Shown: one piece after another, positions 51,266-61,800 of the stretch | How the letters are laid out: each line of letters begins with the position of its first letter | How positions within the stretch are numbered: position 1 is the first letter of the stretch | Assembly: GCA_015680685.1 (NCBI GenBank) | Contig: MNCI01000310.1 | Span: 1-64,000, forward strand | Source of the DNA: Gnetum montanum | Taxonomy: Eukaryota > Plantae > Gnetophyta | DNA: 64,000 bases | Direction of reading: 5' to 3' | Notes under the pieces: model-generated | Told to the model about the DNA's origin: nothing | The model's input: the letters and a program-made list of their open reading frames with translations, nothing else | Database searches by the model: none | Program-made: the position numbers and the translations under genes

Positions 51266-54200
51266 ATGGATTACCTTGATTTGGAGGAAAAACAGGACTA
51301 TGAACAAGTCCATCAGAACAGATGAAAGTATAACCCCTCCTTGTTTTACATAATCCCAGTCAAGAAGTCCTATCCCCAATTTTTGTCCCAACTCATCCCT
51401 GCAAACAAGCATGATGCAAGGACAACCTACGAGGAAGCCTCACAGAAGGAAGAAGATGAGTTTGAGGCCCACTCCAAGCACAAGAATCCCCTCTACACCA
51501 TCTTCCAATGACCACTCCCTAGTACAACACCTCCTCAATTTTGTTGACCCATCCTCTCTGAGATGGTGATCATGCCAATTTAGCCTTCTCCAGAAGAAAC
51601 TAATGCATTTTCCCAAAACAATGCTCATGTAGGGGCCACCTCCTAGCCCCAAACAACATAGGCATCCTACATTCCACCTATCTCGTTGGTATCTGTGGTG
51701 TCCATCCAACCCACTCATGTGTGGTCTACTTTGATCATCACACCTATCACTCAGCCAACACATCAATAATCATCTGCTATGATGTTAAACTAGCAACACC
51801 CATCTACTATGATATTAAACTAACAACAACTGTATGCTACGATGTTAAACTAACAAAAATCATCTACTATGACGTTAAACTGGCAATGCCCATCTACTAC
51901 GACGTTAAACTGGCAAACTCCAAACCAACAATTTTGTCCTATGCTATACAACCAACCCAATCCCAGCCAATGCAACTAGCTAGCACATCCCAGCACATCC
52001 CAGCTTGGATCAAGCATTCCAGCTAATCCAAAGCTTGATGAAGAAGATCAACCAACTTAAGGCTACCTCTTCTAACACCATCAAGGTGGTGGACTTCTAT
52101 AGAGATGACCCCATAAGTCCTACAGTACCACCTCTAACTCTCCCAACTAGGGTCTAACTATCACAATTCATCAAGTACAATGGTGAAGGAGATCCAAATG
52201 CACACTTGGTCAAATTTTGATCTAAGTGCTTACTCTTTCAAGCCTAGCCACATGTCATCATGCACATGTTCCCCATGTCACTCACAAAAAAGGCCTTAGA
52301 CTGGTATCGTGCACTACCCAAGGCCTCAATCTCCTCTTTGGAGGATCTCATAAGCAAGTTTGTGACATTCTTTAGGTAAAACCTAAAGCCTGAACCAACC
52401 CTCAACCAGCTGATGCAAGTTAAGTAGGGCCCTCTAGAGCCCATGCCAAAATTTGTCCAATGTTGGAATGTTGAATTGAGTGAAATGCATGAACCCTTAG
52501 TAGAGACACATCTACTAGCCATCTTCAAAGGTGTAGTAAATGACTTCATTAAGTCCAAACTATATTATCTAGCCCCAAAGTCTCTTAGCCAAGCCTATGC
52601 CCAAACAAAAGGCATAGAGAAAGTAGTGCAAGCTAGCAATGACCCAGCCTACATGGCCTAGAGAAACCAACATACTCGCAAGAAAAACACAAAAATGGCA
52701 GTAGTGGGCACAAGAAAAAAAGCAACCAACTAGAGCCCAACAACTAAGTGGCCCAGGGCCCCAACTGACAAAATTACCAACTCTGGCACCAATTCACCTA
52801 TTGGTAGAGGCCACCCCAAGGCCCAACTTTCAATGCAACGACCACTCAAAGTATACACCACTATCGATGGAACCCTCTAAACTATTGGAGCAACTCGTGA
52901 AAGCTAGGAAAATCCAATACAAACATGTATCAGAGATTTCTCACCAAAAACATGATAGGTACTACAAACTACTAAGGAACCCTACCTTAGCAATAACAAA
53001 TGAGCCCCCGATCCCACAACATTTTAAATTGGACCAATGCTGTCATTACCACCAATTGTCTAGTCATAGTACGGATAACTATTATGTTTGCAGGATGACC
53101 TGCAAAGAATAATAGAACAGGGCCAACTGGTGATCAACATGGCAAGTCAATCCAACACAGACAATGCCTCCTATGTCATAAATTCCATTAGCATAGGTGG
53201 CCAAGCCCAAACCTGTGCAACAACCTTTTATGATCCATGTGCCTCCTAACAAGGCAAAGGTCCCCTTAGCCTCCACAAGCAAGAGGCCTCCCTTTGTTAT
53301 CAAAGTGCCACCTCAGGCACCCACAACACCCTTTGTGTTCAAGGCCCCAAACCAATCGTCTGCTAAGACATTAAAATGGCATGATGTAGCAACAACAACC
53401 GCTAAGTAACCTTTCATCATCAAGGTTCCACAACAAGTTAGTCACACAACAGGCCCTACAACAACTCCTAAATTACCCTTTGTCATAAGGGTCCCACAAC
53501 GTGATGGCCCCTCACCTACCCAAAGCCCAATAGTGGGCAATGTCTCAATCTCTCCTCCCTTGAGGGTCAACCCCACTAGTAACCCAAGTAGGCCCACCAA
53601 ATGACAACACAAGAGTACAAATGAGCATCTTTCAACCCCCATGGCCAAAGAAAAGGCCACAACTAGTAACCAACAACCAAACACTAGGGCCCCTACCCCC
53701 AAGCAGGCCAAGCAAACCAAGCCCAAGTCCCCTATACAAGAGATCTGTCTCTCAAGCCACATGGAGGAAATTAAGGCCAACACAATTGCAAATGACAAGG
53801 ACCTCATCATAACCTAATCATGACCTCATATACTCATTGCCAAGCATTGGCCTAAATCTTGACATCCATTCCTATTACGGAGGACATCCTTGCAAATGAG
53901 GCATCAATCCGTGCAATGATGTTGCTCCCTACACCACAAGAATTGGGTTCAACATCTCTAGCCTTTCACGAAAATGTAGTCAAAGTTAACCCTAAATGAG
54001 GGGAGGTCACTATAGCTCCACTATCCATTAGCATATGTTTTGGGCAATGTACCATCCGCAAAGTCCATGTCGATGATGGTGCAACAACAAACGTAGTCCT
54101 ATACTCCATCATCGATAAGCTAGGCCTGATAGAAGAAATTAGGCCAACCAAAATCACATGTCTAAAATCATTCAATGGATTACGCATCACTATCAAGGGT

Positions 54201-54570
54201 ACAATCAACCTAGCCTTTGTGGTAGGAGAGAAATTTCCAACCAATGTAGATTTCACTATCATAGAGGAGATGCCAGGTTTCAACATGATTCTAGGTAGGC
54301 CTTGGCTAGCCCAACAAAGGGCCATCTCCTCTCGCATCCACCAATAAATCCACCTTCCATATGAGGGTGGTCAAGCTATCATCTATGGTGATAATGCCTC
54401 CTCTTCGACTATCCATGACATAGACATGGCACAAGTTTTGAAAGAAGAGTTTCTTAGTTGTACACCTATGACAACCAATGCAGTGCCTAAGGCTAATACA
54501 CTTGAATGAGTGGTTGAAGCCAATAGCCTCCCATAGGATACTAAGCCTTGCACACCCCCTAATCCACACT
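51266..54570 (+). pseudogene. gag: Degenerate gag and aspartic protease
   Basis: FIKYNGEGDPNAHLVKF, MFPMSL..KALDWY, DQCCHYHQLSSHSTDN; protease VHVDDGATTNVV..FNMILGRPWL. Confidence 0.88.
51771..51915 (+). repeat. 5 x 30-bp hairpin + TTAAACTRGC array within the gag region
   Basis: catctactacgacgttaaactggcaa-type units, same as 7315-7650. Confidence 0.9.
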
Positions 54571-54827
54571 TGATTAGGAAGCAACTACATGACCAAGACA
54601 TTCCCTTGGCCAAAAATGCGGTGGGTGCCTACCTACCCTCTACCTCCACTTGCCATGCATTTTTGACTTTCATTTACATTACACTAGCCTACACATTTAC
54701 ATTTTTCCCACTCACTTAGATCATGCATTTTTCTTTGTTTACACATTCATCAAATTATTTTACAAATTGCATTTGAAAAACATCAAAAAACATAAAAAAT
54801 TAGAATAATAAAACTAGAAAAACACAT

Positions 54828-55450
54828 GGCCTGAAAAGGCCTTAAACTAGCCTACGACTCGAAATGGTCTAAAACTATAACTTTTTGCATTGCTTTCTTT
54901 TCATTCATCCATTTTAACTTTGTTTACGATAGGTGTTGCTTGATCTTGTTTTATTTCTAGTTGATTTTTTGTAGGATCTTGCAAGCACACAACATGACCA
55001 TGCATGCAGCATCACACCTTATAGAAGCAAGGTAAGCACAAGTCTTCTATGACTATGAATTGTCACAATAACTTGTCCTTGGGTCATGATGTTAAACTAG
55101 CACAAAATCCTATCCTTGGATCATGAAATTAAAATAGCACAATAGCTCATCCCTGGATCATGACGTTAAATTGGCAGAATAGCTCGTCCTTGGGTCATGA
55201 TGTTAAGCTAACACAATAGCTCATCCTTGGTTCATGACGTTAAACTGGCATAATAGCTCATCCTTGGGTCATGACGTTAAATTGGCATAATAGCCCATTC
55301 TTGTGTTATGATGTTGAACTGGCACAACATTCACTATCTGCTACAACATTAAACTAGCATCCAATATTTTTCTAGGACTATAAACTAGGACATCATGGTT
55401 TGCTAGAGCTTTAAACTAGGTTCACAGTCTACTAGGATTTTAAATTGGCA
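54828..55450 (+). repeat. Hairpin + TTAAACTRGC arrays downstream of protease
   Basis: GGCC-tgaaaa-GGCC-TTAAACTAGC at 54828; about seven 37-bp units CRTC-cttgggtcat-GAYG-TTAAAYTRGCA (55075-55325); then ~30-bp units. Confidence 0.9.
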
Positions 55451-56601
55451 TGTTACTAATATGTTCGAGCACTTGCCATTGGTGAAACCCTTAGGGGCAC
55501 TCACAGCATCATCACCTTCCACCATTCTCCTGATCTCTCAAAGAACTTTCCATTAGTGCAACCTTCAGAGCACTTGCAACATCATCACCCTAGCACTTTC
55601 ACTAGCTTTTTGAGAACTTGCATCTAGCACAGCATTTGACACATTTATAGCATCTTTGCATCTAGCACTTGCAACATCTTCACATCTAGAATTTGCACTA
55701 CACTTCATGTTGTGTGGTTTTCTTGTCTTTTTGAAGTTGTGTTTGTAGGACAAAGCCTCAAAGGTGTTCATGTAGAGATGCATCTCATTGCAAAAGAAAG
55801 TTACCACATTACTCTGATTCCATGATTGGACTAGTTGAGCCACTCAAGAATGAACCTCGCCCCTCATCTTTGTTACAACCTATCCACATCCACTCCATCA
55901 TCCCATATCCTCTTGTCTCTCACATACTTGTGATTACACATCCCTCGAATGCATACACACTATGATGCATATGGCATTCTCTTCACATCAACTATAGAAC
56001 CCATGGTCAATGTAACACAATTCATCCTATGGGGAACTTCTATTGTGTGGTCAAAGCCTTGGTGGATGTAACATGAATCATCCCTAGGAAACAAAGCCCA
56101 TCTTCTCAATGGCCAACTTGCAGCTAACATTTAGTAGTAAGCTGAACCCAAAGAAGGTTTGCCTCACAACACAAAAAAAAAGAGGAAAGGGGCAGGGGGA
56201 GGGGAACACATCCCTAAACAAATTAACAATGCTTTAGCATCACAATTTTCCTAGCCTTGGATTTACTTTGATGCTCTCATAAGCACTCTAATAATAGGTC
56301 AACATTTTAGGGGTGAACCACTTCATGCCATGGTTACCATCAGCCATGCTGAATTTGCATCTTACACCATGATCCACTATTTGCATTTCATTCCCACAGT
56401 TCAAATTTCATCTCTCTAGCATTACATATACCCCTTTGTCCCTTAGCATAACCTTATTCCCATATCACTCCTGAGCATGGTAAAATGACATTCAATCTTA
56501 TTTCAATGAGTGATGTTGGTGACATGTCTGCTGTGTTGTTTTATAATTCTTTGTTGATGTCTCTCAAGTCACTCCTCTAGACGTCAACAAAGAGGGGCCA
56601 T

Positions 56602-58890
56602 TGAAATACTACAAACTTTCAGGTCTCAGCATCACAACTGAAAATATGGCTTAGTGTCAAAATGGTGATACTTTTCCCATATTTTTCTAAGTTTTGAGTG
56701 TAGTCAACTCCAACTATCAGATTTGCAAACTTTTTTCTAAGTGATAGAATGCTAGCACTTTCTATAGATTCACATGTCACTTGGTTTCGCTATGTAGCGT
56801 AGCATAACATAGCACCATGTCTACTACAGCATAGCACCTAGTTATGCTATATAGCGTAGCACCATGTCTACCGTGGCATAGCACCCAATTATGCTACATA
56901 GCGTAGCACTCTATTATGCTACATAGAATAGAATAGTGTAGCACCTTGTTACACTATGTAGTGTAGTGCAACGTAGCACCCTATCATGTGTAGTAGATAG
57001 TGGATGGGTGCAGTAGAAAGTGTCCTATGTCCCACACATGACATGGGACATGCACAATAGACAGTAGCAACCAGTGTCCCATGTACTGCATGTAACATGG
57101 GACGAGTGCAGTAGATAGTGGATGGACGTAGTAGATAGTAGACATGGGATGGGTGTAGTAGAAAATGGATGGACATAGTAAAAAATGGATGAGCATAGTA
57201 GAATATGTCTCATGTCCCACACGTGACATGAGACAGGCATAGTAGATAGTAGCAACTAGCATCCCATGTACTAAGCATAACATGGGATGAGTGCAATAGA
57301 TAGTGGATGGGTGCAGTAGATAGTAGACAATGGACAAGTGTAGTAGATAGTAGATAGTGGATGGGCATAGTAGATAGTGGATAGAAGTAGTAGATAGTGT
57401 TCCATGTCCCATGCATGACACAAGACAAGCACATTAGATAGTAGCAACTAGTGTCTCGTGTACCACGCATAACATGGGACAAGTGCAGTAGATAGTGGAT
57501 GGGAATAGTAGATAGTGGATGGGCACAGTAGACAATGGATGGGCATAGTAGATAGTAGCAACCAGCATTTTGTATACCACACGTAACATGGGACAAGTGT
57601 AGTAGATAGTGGACATGTATAGTAGATAGTAGATAGTGTGCAATAGATAGTAGACAATGTGCAACATACAGTAGACATTGGACAAGTGCAATAGATAGTA
57701 AATAGTGGATGGGCATAGTAGATAGTAGCAACTAGTGTCCCATGTACTATGCATAACACAGGATGAGTGCAATAGACAATGGATAGGCATAGTAGATAGT
57801 AGAAAGTGGATGGGTGCAGTAGATAGTAGATAGTGGATGGGCGTAGTAGACAGTGTTCCATGTCCCATGCGTGACATGGGACAAGTATAGTAGACATTAG
57901 TAACAAGTGTCCCATGTACTACATGTAACATGGGATGAGATGAATGTAGTAGATAGTAACAACTAGCATCCTATGTACCGCACGTAACATGGGACGAGTG
58001 CAGTAGACAATAACAACCAGCGTTCCATGTCCCACATGTAACATGGGACGGGTGTAGTAGATAGCATCCTATGTCCTACACGTAACATGGGACGAGTGTA
58101 GAAACCAGCATCTTGTGGTCCCACCCACTACACTACCACATGGTTCCTGATCCATATTTTGGGATAATCCTAGCCCTATAAATACTGTTGTGCTCTCTTT
58201 TGGGGGAAGGGAGTGGGCTTTCATTTTTCACCAAGGAGGTAGTTGGCACTTCCATTTAGCATTTTGGCACTTTGGCATCTTGACACTTAGCTCCATGGGT
58301 GAATGAGACCTAGAGCACCCCACATTGGTAGAGAGGCATAACTACACCACACGGTACACTACAGCCCCATTGCAACCTAGTAGAACCTCACATGGTACAC
58401 CATAGCTACCAACTCAATAGGCATAGTTCAACATAGTGAGCACCAAACTTCATAGCCTAACACCACTAAGGCTATGACTATGCTCCCACTGCGTTTATTG
58501 TACATTGTGTATACCTTTGTGAATTAGCCACACTCCCCTAATTTTGGGGCAGTGCATTTTTTCTTCCAAGCTCTTATTTTATTCTACTGCACCATACATG
58601 TTGCATTATTGTGTGTTTGTGCATGCTTGTTATTCTAGTTACATACTTTAGTATGTTTCTACTATTGTGTGTCATGTTTTCTTTTGGTCCAACCTCCATG
58701 TGTCATACTCTAAAATCACTATTCACAATTTGTTATTTGACATTGTGTAAGTCCCTATCTGATCGACCAGACCATTTAGGGCACTCCATTTCTATTTTCT
58801 CTAACATGGCCCTTGCATAGATTCATGGTTAGGCTATATGCTTGACAACCTCTCTTGATGTTCCATCTATTGACATTTTTAGATGTCATA
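56602..58890 (+). repeat. 3' LTR (family B, 2289 bp) with ~1.1 kb internal repeat block
   Basis: Follows the PPT and precedes TSD GGAAG; GTAGATAGTGGATGGG / TAACATGGGAC repeats at ~56980-58115. Confidence 0.92.
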
Positions 58891-61800
58891 GGAAGGCCAC
58901 TTTAATGGATGGAACTCTCAAGGAGAATGTTCTTGGGGAGAGAAATCTCACATACAATGCTCTTATGGAGGACGCTCTCAAGGAGGGCATTCTAATGGAG
59001 GATGTTCTCCAAGAGAACACACTCAAGAAGGGTGCTCTCAAGGAAAGCACTCTCACGTGCATAATGCAAGGTGCTCTTAGGGAGAGCACTCTCAGGGAGA
59101 GCACTCTCTATAAGGGCATCCTCTGAGAGGGATTTCTCAATGAGGGTGCTATCTAAGAGAACACTCTCATGTGCATAGTGCAAGGCACTCTCAGGGAAGG
59201 CACTCTTAAGGAGAACAATCTCCAAAAGGGTGTTCTAGTGGAGGAGGCTCTCAGGGAGGGTGCTCTCAGGAGGGTTCTCTCATAGAGAATGATCTTAATG
59301 AGGATGCTCTCAAGGAGTGAGTCCCCAAGAAGATCACTCTTAAAGAGGGCATTCTCAAGGAGGAAACTCTTAGGAAGGGTGCTCTCCAATAGAATGCTCT
59401 CAATGAGGACGCTCTCAAGGAGAAAACTCATACAAGGGTGCAATATGATCTCAAGGAGGGCACTCTCAATGCAAATGCTGTTGTGGAAGTAGATCTAACA
59501 TAGAAAGCTCTCAGGGAGAATGCCCTCAAGGATGCTATCAAGGATGGCATCCTCAAGGAGATAGCTCTGAAGGAGCGTGTTCTCAGGGAGGGCACTATTA
59601 GGAGGGGAACTCTTCAAAAGAATGTTCTCAATAATGATTCTCTCAAGGTAAACACTTTCATGTATGTAACACAAGGTTTTATAATGGACAATGCTCTCAT
59701 GGAGGTCACTGTCAAGGAGAACACTCTTACGGAGGTCACTCTAGCAGAGGCTGCTCTCAAGGAGAACACTCTCAGGAAGGGTGCTCTAAAGGAGGTAACT
59801 CTTCAATAGAATGATCTCAATGAGGGTTCTTTATGGAGAATTCTCATAGCAAGGGCCCTCTCAAATAGAATGCTCTTTAGGGTGCCACTCTAACAGAGGG
59901 TGCTCTCAAGTAGAACACTCTTGGGGAGTGCGTCACTAATGAGACCGATCTCAAGGAGGGTGTTCTAATGGAGGGCATTGTCCAAGAGAATGCTCTCAAT
60001 AAGGGCACTCTCGAGAAGAACACTCTCACATGCATAATGCAAGGTGCTCTAAGGGAGAACACTCTGAGGGAGGTCACTTTGAGGAAGAGCACTCTCTAGG
60101 ATAGTGCCCTCCAAGAGGGAGCTCTTAATGAGGGCATTCTTAAGGAGAACACTCACATGTGCATAGCCCAAGGCAGTCTCAAGAAGAATGCTCTCCAAAA
60201 GAACACTCTAATTAAGGTAGCTCTCATAGAGAACATTCTTAAGGAGGACACTCTTAAGGAGGGTGTCCTTAGGGATACCACACTTAGTGAGGGTGTACTT
60301 GGGGACGAAACTCTTAGGAAGGGCATTCTTTGATAGAACACTCTCAATGATGGTACTCTCAAGGTGAACACTCTCATGTGCATAATGCAAGGTGCTCTCA
60401 AGCATAATGCTCTCATGGAGGAAGCTCTCAAGGAGAATGATCTCATATAGGTAGCTCTAACGAAGGCCACTGTTAGGGAGAACGCTCTTGGGGAGGGTGC
60501 TCTCAAGGAGGGCACTCTTCAAAAAAATGCTCTCAACTAGGGTGCCTAAGAGAGAATGCTCCCAATGAGGGCCCTCTCAAAGAGAATGCTCTTCGAAAGG
60601 TCACTCTAATAGAAGGTTCTCTCAAGGAGAACACTCTCGGGAAGGGAGATCTCACATAGAATGCTCTTAATGAGGACACTCTCAAGGAGGATGCTCTTAA
60701 GGAGGATGTCCTTAGGGAGATGGATTTTAGGGATGGCAATCTGAAGGAGGGAACTCTTTGGAAGTGTGCTCTCCAATAGAATACTCTCAATGAGGATGCT
60801 CTTGAGGAGAACACTCAGACAAGGGTGCAAGATGATCTTATGGAGGATGCTCTCAAGGAGAATGCTCTTGCAAACACATATCTAACATAGAAAGCTCTTA
60901 GGGAGGGCACTCTCACAGAGAATGCTCTTAAGAAGGATGATATCGAGGTTGGCATCCTCAGGTAGACAGCTCTCAAGGAGGGCGTTCTTAGGGAGGGAAC
61001 TTTTAGGAAGGGAATTTTCCAAAAGAATGTTCTCAACAAGGGTGCTCTCAAGGTGAAGACTCTCACATACATAATGCAAGGTGCCCTCATGGAAAACACT
61101 CTCATGGAGGGTGCTCACATGGATAACACTCTTATGAAGGTTTCTCTACATGAGGCTGCTATTAGGGAGAATTCTCTTTGGAAGGGCACTCTTCAAAAAA
61201 AAAATCTCAACCAGGGTGCTCCAGGGAGAAGGCTCTTGGGAAGGGCACTCTTTGACAAAACAATCTCAATGAGGGTGCTCTAGGGAGAATGATCCTAGAA
61301 AGGGCCCTCTCAAACAAAATGCTCTTTGGAAGGCCACTCTAACGAAGGGTACTCTTGAGGAGAATGCTCTTGAGAAGGGCATCCCAAATGAGACTGATCT
61401 TAAGAAGGTTGTTCTAATGGAGCGCATTCTCCAAGAGAATGCTCTCAACAAGGGCACTCTTGAGTAGAAAACTCTCACATGCATAGCTCAAGTTTCTCTC
61501 AAGGATAATGCTCTAAGGGAGGTCACTCTAAGAGCGAGAGATCTCTAGGAGGGTGTCCTCTAATAGGGAGCTCTCAAGGAGGGTGCTCTTGAGGAGAACA
61601 CTCTCATGTGCGTAGCACAAGGCACACTTGGGGAAGGCACTCTGAAGGAGAATGCTCTTCAAAAGGATGCTTTAATAGAGGGTACTCTCAAGGAGGGTGC
61701 TATCATAGAGAATGTTCCTAAGGTGGATGCTCTTAAGGAGGGTGTCCTTAGGAAGACTGCTCTCAACGAGGGCGTTCTCAAGGAGGACACTCTAAGGAAG

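Larger units (their letters stand above)
49119..58890 (+). mobile_element. Tat/Ogre-like Ty3/gypsy element, non-autonomous (gag-protease only)
   Basis: LTRs 49119-50415 and 56602-58890 (both TG...GTCATA), perfect TSD GGAAG, PPT at 56589-56600; no RT/RH/INT motifs. Confidence 0.9.

Noticed and set aside
56949-57931. Cys/His/Tyr-rich minus-strand ORFs
   Set aside because: Translations of the LTR micro-repeat block, open in all three frames
38181-58895. Shared purine-rich target preference (TSDs GAGGG, GKGAG, GGAAG)
   Set aside because: These 5-mers simply reflect the composition of satellite B
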